Shown piece after piece: positions 33,324-46,638 of a stretch of DNA of 64,000 bases. Below the pieces are notes generated by a model. The model did not search any database. It was not told the DNA's origin and saw only the letters and a list, made by a program, of their open reading frames with translations. How positions within the stretch are numbered: position 1 is the stretch's first letter; each line of letters opens with the position of its first letter. The DNA is taken from the NCBI GenBank assembly GCA_012295275.1, contig CM022669.1, forward strand, positions 310,001 to 374,000. Reading direction: 5' to 3'. The translations under genes and the position numbers were made by a program. The stretch comes from Chrysomallon squamiferum (lineage: Eukaryota; Animalia; Mollusca).

Positions 33324-34025
33324 GTGCTGATTTATACAGGTATTTGGAAGACGCGCCAGAGAGTGTTGTTGTCATCATCAGCGCTGACCTCGCACACACG
33401 CATCTCAGCACTGGCCCATACGGCTACTCCAACGCATCAGAGCCATTCGACCATGTAAGTACAACCAGTCAGTCGTGCTTGAACCTTTTAAAAACACTTT
33501 AAAATTTCACCAGAACAACTGTATCAAAGCAGATATGTTTTGTAATAGCACCTGAGCATATTTTTATATTTACGATTAGTATGTGTTAAATAGACATATT
33601 TATTTATTTGTTTTAATTAATGAATGTAACTGACGTTTGGGAGGATTTCTAAAACTATTTATGTTTAATGTTATGGGTAGGAAAGAACATGCTGCAACTG
33701 TTTTGTCTTCAGTGTTGAAAGACTTGTGTGATTAGTACATAACTGATCAGTTTGTTTTTGTTTCATTAATACAGTTGTCACGATTGTTCTCATTATTTGA
33801 ATATTTCAGGCTGTTGGTGAGTGGGCAGCGACTCTGGACGGCATGTTGCTGTTGAACAGAGCGGCTGGACTAGTCGATCGCGCGCTGTCGTGTGGTTACA
33901 CGGGTCTAGTCATGTTACATGGTCTGTTAGAAACTGCCGGGCTGTCGTCATGGTTACCAGACGTTTTAGCAAACTATCACCCAAGTTACTACGGTATGAT
34001 GGTAGCATCATTCGTTCAGAGATGA
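33324..34025 (+). CDS. LigB / class III extradiol dioxygenase-MEMO-fold protein (TTE1956-like), last two exons
   Basis: Exon 33324-33454 encodes GADLYRYLEDAPESVVVIISADLAHTHLSTGPYGYSNASEPFDH. Exon 33810-34025 encodes AVGEWAATLDGMLLLNRAAGLVDRALSCGYTGLVMLHGLL...NYHPSYYGMMVASFVQR*. Splice sites are canonical with a phase-0 junction. SxDLxH, GPYGY, SCG and terminal YYGMMVA are typical of this fold. Confidence 0.8.
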
Positions 34026-34526
34026 AAAGAAGAATGAACAAAACATTTCATATGGAAATGAAGAAAAATTATACAACAACAACGACAAACAACAATAATA
34101 ATTATAATAATTATCATGATGATGATGATAATGACGGTAATAATAAATAATAACAAGAACAACAATGGATATTTAGCTTGGAAGCCGTTGTTTTTTTTTC
34201 GCTACAGACTTCAGTTCCATTTTACATGTGCAGTGATCACACTTCTGTACTTGTATACTTCTTTTAACACAACTTGCCTTTGATTTCGTCACTGACTGTG
34301 TCTGTAGACGTGTAGGCCTGTTCAGCTTTGATGCAGGCCTATCACACTTACAGGTAACACAGTGTTTCCTATGCAGCGTTATCTACAACATGTTATTACA
34401 GCTTCGATGATGCTGAATTACGAAAGAAAAATGTGAGTGCGGCCGCTGAAAAGGATCGAACGTAATACGCCATTATTACCTCAGACTTTGTCACTTAGAG
34501 ATCAACTTTTAATAATAATAATAATA

Positions 34527-34596
<70 letters not shown>

Positions 34597-35282
34597 TAAT
34601 AATCATGATGATGATGATAATGATAATAAACCTTGATGTTACTCCAAAGCAACCATGTAGTCTTCTATAAATCTGTGTTAAAGAACGTTTTTCTAACACA
34701 GTGTATTGATACAAACTACAGTCATGCATCGCTTAACGTTTCATGTACACGCCCTTTGCCCATAAAAATAACAAGAAAATAATGGTAATAATGATGCTGC
34801 AGCTGCTGCTGCTGATGATGATGACAATGGCAAACAAATACAGAAAAAAACAAAAAACAAAAAATTAACAGTTCACATAAACAGCGGAATGTGAAGGTCG
34901 TAAGTGGCCTTAGAACGGGCTCTAAGCCTATATTTATGTTTTTAGCTGACAGGTTTTGACAGAAATACCTCTGGTACTGGCTGACATTGTTCGCCTAGTT
35001 TAATAAACTGTACAGTACTTTTAATATATTTCCTGACGTAAGAAATACACGTACATTACATGAAGGTTCGTGTAACTATAATAGTCACAGTTAGGTTAAG
35101 ACAACGACCTCGTCAGTTAACGCATGTATCTGGGACGTTGAACGACTTTGGACAGCTAGTATTGTTTCTAAATAGCAAACACCAGCTGACACCTTGAGTA
35201 ACTGTTATGTATTAGTTTTATGTAACTTTAGTGTTAAACTGCTAATATGTGTTAACAAAGACACAAACGAGGACCACCTTAT

Positions 35283-35352
<70 letters not shown>

Positions 35353-35357
35353 TGATG

Positions 35358-35391
<34 letters not shown>

Positions 35392-38047
35392 GAAGAAAAA
35401 CAACAATAAAAGCATCATCAGCAGCAACAACAACATTTTTGTCACGTCGGCACACTGTTACAGGTGGACATGACTAATCCGGGATGTTTGGGATCTGCAG
35501 GATGCCGGAATGATGGACAGTTTCTGATAGTTTAGAAAATTCATCAGCTCATCCTAGCTTTGAAATACCACCTTATACGGTTATCGAATCTTTTTTTTTT
35601 AAATCCTTTTTTTTTTTCTAAATCCGAACTGAATTTTATCTTTCAGTAACAGTGTACATAACCAGCAGCCTTTCCTTTGTTCACTGAAACAGTAGCTAGT
35701 TTACAGATTACAGATTATAAGATAGCTAGGTTACAGATTATAAGATTATAAGATAGCTAGGTTACACATTATAAGACTGTAACAATAAGTGAAGAAAACA
35801 AATTGGAATGTTTACAAGAGACGCCATCAGCAGTTATGCAGCCTGTAAAAGTTAGAAACAAATTGGTGCAGTAACCCAGGAAATTTTAAATATTTGTCAC
35901 AATTTACCAGAAGAGAGCTTTTCATCTTGAGAAACAACTCGATTCCGTTTGTTGAGAAACGAAATTTATGTGCGTTAATAGTTCAGTATTTCATGAAGGA
36001 TATACCGAGTCGGGGAGATGGCTCCACTACACAGTTTTATTTTGAGATAAAAGTTGGATTATGTAAGACAAGTCTGCAGATGCCCGGTCTAACACACAAG
36101 CAGAGACTTAGGCTCTGAGTTGTTTTAAAATATTACGTTTTGAAAACTTGAAACCTGATACACATGAAACCTGATGTGGGTGCTTGACGTACAATGTTGT
36201 TTCTTTAGCAGGTGTCAAAATTTAAATATTTACATATTTTATTGTTCAACCCACGCTATTTCTAACTAATGTGTCATAGCTGTTGAATGAAATAAAACCA
36301 ATACTCAGTTTAGTTACTCCTAGATATTAGTTGTTCTCCTCCAGGAATATCTCCTTTCACTTTTCAGTACAAAACAAATTAATCATTATATTTTATTTAT
36401 TGTACGAAAATGTTGTTTAATACTGAATAGTTACTATTGTGATAGAATTACACTTGATAACAAGTAAATGTTGTAGATAATAACGAATCTCTGGAAAATC
36501 ACGTTTTTAAATCCCTGGAGTCGATAGCCTTACTTTGCCGTTAAATCCACATTCTATTCTACTCAATTCATTCTGACTAACAAATGAAGTTCTATTTCTG
36601 TCATTAACCAGACTAGTCTACTTTCAGCACCTCTGTTGACTTCCTCTGATTCCTACTGGTTACCAGGAGCTGTGAATATGACACAATGACGGTTTGTAGA
36701 GGACAATAATGTTATATGTGAAAAGCTACATATTAAATAATTATTACATTGTGTGTGATATTGTGCAAGGTCAAATTAAATGAGTGAGTAGATCATTTAG
36801 AAACAAAAGACAAATTGCTTCCTTGCAAAAATATAATAAACATTGATCGATGTTGTATAAGTGGTGCAGAGTAAATATTTTTTAATTTATATAAAACATT
36901 GCAATACAAATACACCTACACGCGCACGCGCACCTACATACAATACAATGCATTTCATTCCTACATAGAGGTGATTAATTCATTTAGTGGGAAAGTGCTC
37001 AAAACACTGTGTTACAGTCTGTGTAAGTTTCAAACATGTTTTAGCCGCGTCATGAAGATGTGTCTAATGGTGCGTACAGTTTTAAACGTGTAACTACTTA
37101 GCTTACCAACTTCTTTCATGTTTAACGTACTATCTGCTGATGACGATCTATTCTGATTAAAGCTTTTCGATAATGAACCAATAACAGAAACGCAAAACTA
37201 ATTTACACAGTACAACGCGAACCTGAGATTTTACCGATGGTACGGTAGGTCATTGTGTACATTAACACAAAGAGAGTTATCAAACAGTAATTAGCAGTCA
37301 GATCTCTAAGAATCTACATTATGGGATACTTTGAAAAATGGTCACTCACTTTTTATATATAAAAGCAATCAACAGCTTCAGAAGTGAGAAGTGTGACAGA
37401 TAACGAGGTAATTAGGTAAAATACACCCCAGATTGACGACACACGATAGATTGATGAAATCAGTCACAGAATTCCTTCATTTTCTACAAACAGAATTCGC
37501 TTTAGAAGTGAAACAACTAATATACATGGTAAAACTCATAAAATACAAAGTTATACGACTAACTTACTGATTTGATCCAACAAGACGTTACTACTGGATT
37601 CTGACTGTTACGACTGAAATACTCACTTTGAGCAGTTTAGCAAATTATTTTGTTTCTCTCAGCTACTGTTTAGGCGTCACATAAAAATAATGTGAAAAGA
37701 GTTTTAGTTCATCCATCATATTGCACGTGTGCATGCTGCCACTGGCAACACCCTCACGTTGTTATCAAGGATTAAATAAACATGCTGCTACTGTAATGAT
37801 CTAGTTTCTTCATTTGTTAGTGTTTCTTTCCTTGTATCTTTCCGTCACTTATATAACCGCGCTGTGTTATTTTGTATTTATAACTGATAAATGTATTCCC
37901 TCTCAAAAAAACTTCCTAATACTTCGCTTATGTTTTCGACTCTGAATTTTTATCAGAACATCTACCCCTATATAAATTGATATTTCTAGAATGCTATTGC
38001 CCAAACAAAATAAAACAAACAAACAAACCCACAAATAATAACATTAT

Positions 38048-38079
<32 letters not shown>

Positions 38080-38872
38080 TATGATACATTGCAATACAAA
38101 CTAAGTAAACAACATTTTCTTAGTGATCCTGATGCAGTTACAGAACAGAAAGATTATTAAAGTCTTAAGATTTGTTTACTTTAGTGGAACATCTGGTCGC
38201 GCAGAATCTTTACGTGTTTTGGTAATACGATTGACAGTCGTGTTTGTTGTTGTTGTCTCAGTTTAACAAAGCTGGCTTACTGAGCCAGTGGTGTATTACA
38301 CAGCAAGTCTGTGAGCTTTTTAACATTATCTTCCCAATTCTTGTAATATTTCCATGCGCACTTTTTAATTATTTGTTTTATATGAACCAAAAATAAAAAA
38401 CGTCCATGAAGTTTGTTCTCTCTCTTGTTTAATATTAAGAAAATAGTTCGAATATTAAAACAATTCGTGTATATGTGTGTGCGTGTGCGCATGCGTGTGT
38501 GTCTAAAATATAGTTTTAATTTCTCATTAGCACATTAAACGTTTCCTTTTTTACTTACTTTCTTTAACCTCCCCCCACAAAACCCCAACTGGTTGCTGCT
38601 TTTGTACATGATTTATTAAAATAGTATTACGTAAAGCAACAACAACAACGATACTAATACTAATATTAACACTAACAGCAGATTATGGCACTACACCAGC
38701 GTTCGCCGGACAGATATTAGTGTCGTTCATTGATTGTGAGCACACGGTTGTTACGCTGCCAAGTGGTTGATTAAAACACAGCTTGCTACCAATCAATGCG
38801 TTTAAACAGACTACGCAGACCGCAGTTCGCAGGCGACTTCCGAAAGCTTAGGAACTAAATCTGTTTACGAAA

Positions 38873-39120
38873 ATGTCGATGATGGTCGACTTCAGAACAG
38901 TAATAACCTTCATCGTAATAACAGTACGAGGTAAGAATTAAAACAGATAGATAGAGATTTAGATAGATAGATAAGTAAATATTAGTAGCAGCAGGAATAG
39001 TAGTAGTAGCAGAAGCAGTAATAGTAGCAGTAGTAGTAGCAGCAGTAGCTACAACAGCAGTAGTAGTAGTAATTATAAACACATTTGCTTGTTGACTTAT
39101 TATTTTTGCTCTTGTTGTTG

Positions 39121-39186
<66 letters not shown>

Positions 39187-42100
39187 CTATTATTATCGTC
39201 ATCAAATAAATAAAGACAAAGAATAATTCTTATTTTGTAATTAATTTTTAACTATCAATTCATCTGTATACACCACGTAGACAGGAACTCACGTTCACAT
39301 TCACACTAGATTGAAAACACAGCTGACTATGTATAAAGTAAAGTAAAAAAATAAAAAAATAAAAATAAAAATAATAAATAGAGAAGACGCACAGAATAGT
39401 AGGGTAAAACGCACTTTGTGCTGGCGCAGTTCGCAGAACGAAACAGATGGTCAGCTGTCTATAGCTGATTACCCGTGCAGAAAGGCGTTTACGTATATGC
39501 ATAGAATATACGTTCAATGACATATGTATTTTAGGTAACATTAAAATACATACATTTATAAAAATAAATATTCCTGTTGTTAAATACAAGATTGTTAATC
39601 CATATTTATATAAAATAATGACATACATATATACAAATCTACAAATACATACAAACACAGACACCAACACACTCACACGTACACACAAACACAGACACAA
39701 ATACAGACACTAATAGAGATACTACTTGTGGCAGTGCGAATGAATGTCAAAATGAAATTATTTACACCTAGTTATTATTTTAGTAACAAAGCATGACAGC
39801 GAGATAATACTGCTGCCGACATTTTATCTCTTTGTAACCGCAGTGATGACGTCATTACATACTTAACAATTGACAGCTATATTTTTTTCTGACAACACTA
39901 GAAGAAACGTTACAGAAAACCGCAGCAGCCTCTAAACGATGACGTCATGAATACGGATGAAAAGTGGCGCCCAGATATTCTTGAACTATTGTTGTTATAC
40001 TTTATTATTAATTGAGACTGGACGACAAAAACCAAACAAAAGATAACTACTAAATAGGCAGGATATAATTAGACTCTTCTTATCACCAAAGGTACACTTT
40101 AAAATAGAGAAATTATTTAGCTTTATGTGGATTGTATTCACACGAAGTCTCTGATATACATTTCATCTCAGTAACAATCAGGTTCTGTCGGTCAGTTTGT
40201 AAATGTATTAATAATTTATCATTTTCATTCTACCATGTTTGAAATTCATCAAACTAATACAACACAGAAATAACCTTTTTATATCTCACAGTGTTTTGTA
40301 TTCCCTCGACTGGACAAAATTAAATCTCAAGAGCTAGCTAGTGTTTTATTTATTCAAGGTATGTGATGTGAGCGAGTCTGTTTCTACATACCCGTGAAAA
40401 CGGAACAGATATCACACATTACACAACCAAATGGCATAAACCTCTTTCCAAAAAAGGATGAAGTGAAATAAAAACGATGTTGTAATCGTAATAATGATTG
40501 CTTAAATTATGTAACAATAACGAAAACGTCCGTGAATTTAATGCTGCTTTTTTTTTGTCAATAATTAATAAAATAAAATAAAATACGTTAATAAAATGCA
40601 GGCTGTATATAACGAATACTGTTATGCAGCCTAGCATGAAACGTTGTAATTATAAAACTTTATGTTTGAATTCGTTATTCGCTGAACGGCGACCAAATGC
40701 TTCTGTATTGTGTTACTGATAAAACACTGAGCAAGTCGAAACAGTGAAACACGAAACGTTAAAGCAAATATCCAGTGACTGAATCACTATTTAAATACAA
40801 CGTCTCACCGTGTTACACCATAGCTCATAGGATATCGCTTATTTTAGTTTTCATGCTGATATCGTTTCTATGTCGTATCTAACCAAAAGATAAAAATAAT
40901 TTGTTCTAACACCTTGAACAAATGTCTTAATGCTTTAATCAGTCATATTTTTAATTTTTATTTTTTATTTTTTTATACTAAATTAAAATATAAATACAAT
41001 ATATTTTTTGTTTCAAATAAAATTAGAAATATAATGTAGTATGTTTCTTTTCAAACTATTTATTAATCAAATAAAGAAAATCGATTAAAGTTTAGTTCTT
41101 ACATATCGATATAGGCAAAACAACATCATAAAAATGATTGATTTATCGTTAAATCTGAGTAAAGTCGAATTAAGTTTAGTTGTTAAATATCGATACACGC
41201 GAAAACAATATTGTAAGAATTATCCATTTATCGTTAAATCTGTGTAAAGCGGGTGTCGGGTAATGACTGTTCTAGGCGGGTCACTTTTCTGTCAGACAAC
41301 AGTCGCCATGGGAACACGTCGAAAAGTCCACCAAACACGCGCGATCAATTTCTCAGAGAAACTCACATTTGTTCTTGTGTACTTTAAAACATTCGCGATC
41401 GCCCAACAGCCATTGTCCAGCGAGAGGCTGAGCAGTTTTGATAGTGTCCTTTTCATCTGCTGGCTCAATTAAGTCCACGTACAAGGAAATTTCATTTCCA
41501 CGGATGATCAATATACAAGAGGTTTTTTGATTTGTGCCATTACCACCGAATTTTGTTTGTTTGTTTTGAGTGAAACGTGGTCCTTTGTTGGCAGTTCTGA
41601 CAATAGATGCTTTTATACTGGAAGAAAATAAATGGGAAAAAGTTTTGAAGGTAACTGGACAATAATAAAAATATAACAAAACGAAAAGGAAGAGAGAGGA
41701 ATATAATGAGTAGGGTACGAAAGTTTTGAAAAATAATACTATATAAAAAACACAAACAAGAAAAACCCCCACCAAACCCCCCCCAAAATCCCCCCAAAAG
41801 AAAAAAAAGAATTAAAAAAACAACGACAATAAACAAGCCCCCAAAAAACAACAACAAAAAAACCAAATGTTTTACTTAAAAATAGTATCAGATATGCTTT
41901 TCTTCTGTTTTACAGTTACCAAGGGAACGGCAGAAACCAATCAGAGCCTGTTGTTCGCAGACCTGTTTAAAAACTACCACAGCGAGATTCGACCTGTGTG
42001 TGGTGAAGACAAGGCCATAGAAACAAAGATTGGGATTTCAGTGAGACAGATCATAGATCTGGTGAGAAACTTGAAAATATATGTAAAAAAACAAATTTAC

Positions 42101-43012
42101 ACCTCTCCATCACCCATCAAACTCCCCCCAATACACACACAGACACAAGCATCCATGAGCACAAGCACGCACGAACACGTACACCAAACGTACAGAACAG
42201 TAAAATACCATTAAAATAATCTGATGTCATTTATTGTTAATCTTTACGATTATACAACATAAAATATACAAATGTTTTATTCTCGGTGTCGTCGTTGAAT
42301 CTTTTTAACTTATGTATTTATTTTAACATCTCCATTTTCATTCAAACAGAATATTTAAACAACAGCCATGCTTAACTAATCTATTTTTTTTTTTTGCTTG
42401 TTTTTATAATATTTGAAAAATTGATGCTACTATTATAAAACTCCTCCTCACGTTTTGTTAATTAAACTAATGTCGAAACAATCAATGACGTCACTAACAG
42501 AGAAACGGGACATGATTTATTAATATACAAGTCAGACACTGTTTTTGAAACGAGGAGAATTACTGGCCAAGTTCGAGCTTTCACAGAGCCTTTTGTGATA
42601 CAATTCCCAGACCTAGAAACGAATAAATATTTTACCATCAGTTGTTTGGTCGCTGTACAATGAATGTGTTTTTCACGTAGCTACTCGTGAAATGGTCGTT
42701 AAACTAATTGAGATTTCTCTTGTTAAGAAGCTAAATGTACAATTGCATAGGTTATGCACAGGTAACGTGGGAACAATATAAAAAATATATTTTGCAATAA
42801 AATGATCATACGATTTTATTTTCTCTTTCAATATCTATGTCATTAAAAATATATATATATATATATATATATAAACAAAACAACAACAACAAACAACACA
42901 TTTAAATACAGAATAAATTAAGTAAGACAAACTCAAATAAAAATTACAGTTTAATAGAATTTGATAGATAGATAAGTAAATGGAAAGATAGATGGATAGA
43001 TAGATAGAAAGA

Positions 43013-43043
<31 letters not shown>

Positions 43044-43135
43044 ACAAATAAAATTTAAAACACCAAAACAAAACAAATATATAAAAAAAAATCTCTTAAA
43101 AAAAAAAAAAATAAAATAATAAAAATATAATACAA

Positions 43136-43201
<66 letters not shown>

Positions 43202-44880
43202 TAATAATAATAATAAAAAAAAAAAAGAAGAAAAAAAATAAGAAAAAAATAAAAAAAAAAAAAAAAAAATAGAAAACATTATTTAAAAAAAAAATGGGAA
43301 GTAAATATCAACACCAGCAACTTTCACTGATAAAAAAACCTATTTCTACATAACAACAACTTTTATTACTTCCAGTTATGGTGATTTTCGCTGAGTGTAT
43401 CAAAATGTTAATAAAATATTTACACAGAAATTCATCTACTCATCTAAACAGGTAGAATGCGCTCGTATAATCGAAATATCTTGTGCAGTGTGCAAGAGCA
43501 AATACGAGGAAATAATTAAACGCTTGAAAAGCAAAAACAGAATAAACGCAGTGTAATGGACACGGCTTAAACAGAAAGACAGAGATTAAACAAAAGTAAT
43601 AAAACTAGCAAACTCTAAAGCTTTAGATCGATTCCGAATTTTTTGTTTTTTTTATTACTGTTTTGAGTTACAAATAAAAAACGAGTTTTTGAACCTCTTT
43701 TAAATAATCTTTTTTATTTTCATAGGCACGCCATTTCTCTTTATGTTTCTCAGTAAAGGTATAAAATTAAATTCCGGTGTTTTTGTTGCAAATATCAATG
43801 AACGTCTGAATAAAAACGAACGAAGCTGGTAAATTATCTTTGAAAGAACAGAGTGTGCTTTCGTTTAACACCCTGTCTACTGTTACTTTTATTGGTTATT
43901 TATTTATTTCTAATTTTAATTTTATTATTATTATTATTATTATTTTGTTTCAGAATGAACCAAAACAAATCCTAACGCTCAACGCATGGATGAGAATGGT
44001 AAGAAATGATTTTGATAATTTTTTTTTTTTTTTATTTTTTTAGATTAAACTAACAAATACACGTCAGCTAGTAGGTAGACGGGTGAGGAAAGTGTCTGAC
44101 GAGCACTTACTTGTAATTATACTAAGTGCTCCGAACAAAGAAAAACAACTGATTAATTACAAACTCTATCATGCATGATTTAATATTATCATCTGTGACA
44201 GATCCTGATCTGTCCATGTGTTGACAAAACAGCAGTTCTTTTCTCCAACACGTTTTTGTACATCGATCTAGAACAAAAAGGTTTTTGTACTTTACAACAC
44301 ACTGGTTTTATTCTTTTATATAAATAAATAAATTATAGTTATGTGCATAAAAATAAATACGCTTAAATCGCCTTTATTTTTCAAAGTTGTTGATGAAATT
44401 AAGAAAACGACGTAACATTGTTTTCATTGTGAAAGTTTCTATTGATCAGAGGGTAAGAATTTCTTCAAAATTAAACTCATGACTTGGATGTATGGAATGC
44501 ATTTTATTTAAATGTTTCGATTTTTACTTCAATATTTAGACGCGTAAATAGTTACAACAAACAAAAACCACGTGACAATGATTATATGTAAATAAAGATG
44601 TGAGTAAACAACACACCTATTGGTATTTCTGTCAGCTACGCATAACAGCTGCTTTGTAGAATCGTGTTCTTTTGTAGAAATCGTTAAAAACTGCTCGAAA
44701 CATGCACAAACAGACACAATGATACACATGCGTTCATAAACTCATTAACACACACATTGTGAACCTAAACAAAAACACGAATGTTGGCCTACGTATAAAC
44801 AAACACACACAAACAAGTTCTAAGACAGGAACAAAAAAGACTATGAATAAAGTACGAGATAACTCACACAGACGTGTGTG

Positions 44881-44928
<48 letters not shown>

Positions 44929-46601
44929 CCCACTTTGATCCAAAAATCTTCAGTAGGAATTAAAATATTATTAGATCAAATGGGAATTATGTAACAAGTT
45001 AAAATTTATGGGGTAATTGGGTTAATTTCGAAACTCACATAGATTGTAAAAGCTTAACCAGCTAGGTGACTGTGTGGGGAGTCTGTACAATGGCATCCAG
45101 CCACACCCACTCAGTCCTGGCTCAACGTGTGCCCTGGTTCTAGTTACACATCTAAAGAACGCCATGTTTTCTTTGTGCTGAATCTTCCTCCTTAGAGCTT
45201 GGGCTTCCAGGAGAAGTTTATCCGTTCCTGGACCCTCTCGAATACTTCCACTGGCGACAGCTTTCTCAAAGTCCAGTTGTTTCTTTCTGCTTGGGTCTTC
45301 AACAGCTGCACACGTAACTTGAGTCTTGCTTGTAAGGAGCATGGAGACAAATGGTACACATGTCTTAGTCTTCTGCATGACGAAAGTAGATCTGCAGAAA
45401 TAGTCAAGTGGATGAATAGAACTGCCGTTAACGCATATAAATAATCCGTGGCGAAAAATAAGGAATTTGTGAAGCTAGCAGAAAATGATTACTTCCACGA
45501 AACCTTTAAAACAAAATAGGATCACCCATACTGTCCACAGAACATTACAAATTAGATCAAGTTGCCAAAAAACTATATTGTTGAAGAAGATGAAAAATGA
45601 AAAAAGGTTGTTTGAAAGGCAAAGTAATTAAGCACAAAACAACAAATAAACGTTAAATTTAAATCACATTACACGTAGAAAACAATTTATTAGTGTCTAC
45701 CACGTATAACGTTTATGAAGTATAAAATAAAATATTTCTACAGAATATTTTCCTAATTTTTTTATTGACGATCAACACGTTACGTACTCTAGTATTTAGT
45801 TACTTTCTTTCATTAGAATTTCTGTTTTTCGTTAAATGTTCATGATTTTTGTTGTTATTATTATTTTTTTCCATTATTATATATTTTGTATTATTAATTT
45901 TTGTTTTAAAATTTTGACTTTTTATCTAGATTAATGCCATTAAAATAAATAGATAAATAAATAAAATGAAATGAAATGACATGTAATAAAATAAAAACAA
46001 AAAAAAAAAAAAAAAAAAAAAAAAAATAATTAAAAATAAGTAAGTAAATAAATAAATAAATAAGACGAAACAAATTAAATATATCTTTAGGTCTGTCTGC
46101 CTGAGTTACTTTATTTTTTAATTGTAATTAAAACTACTGTGATATCATAAAGAAAACAGGCAGTGGTTATTTGTCAGCTTGAAATACTAAAAACGAGCAT
46201 GAAACATTCTCAACTGTTTGATTACATTTTAAATCTCTCTGCAATAATCTAGTAGAGAAAGAATTAGAAGATGTAATTATTGTAGCGTACTGAGAATAAC
46301 AGTCAGAGTTTGTCTTTCAGAACTGGTTTGACTGTCAGCTGCAGTGGGACCCTGCTAATTACGGTGGACTTGAATCTGTAATCGTCCCTAACACCATGGT
46401 CTGGATTCCTGACATCACCTTGTACGATAAGTAAGCTTCTGCTTAACGAGTCACGTGTCAGATTTGTCACTGGTACACGAAGTCAAAGTATTTAGAAGAT
46501 CATAATTCTAATTAAATTATAATATTCAGTTATAAAGAATTATAAATAAAATAAAAATAAAATTTAAATTTAGTCTCAATTTCATTATTGGCGTATCGCA
46601 G

Positions 46602-46638
<37 letters not shown>

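Noticed and set aside
37358-37407. TATAAAAG followed by a donor (possible non-coding nAChR exon); a similar candidate for the chitinase at about 61776-61950 on the minus strand
   Set aside because: Such motifs are too frequent in AT-rich DNA to call without transcript data.
40716-40760. Hammerhead-like CTGATAA...GAAAC arrangement
   Set aside because: The core is CUGAUAA rather than CUGANGA, and stems I and III cannot be formed convincingly.
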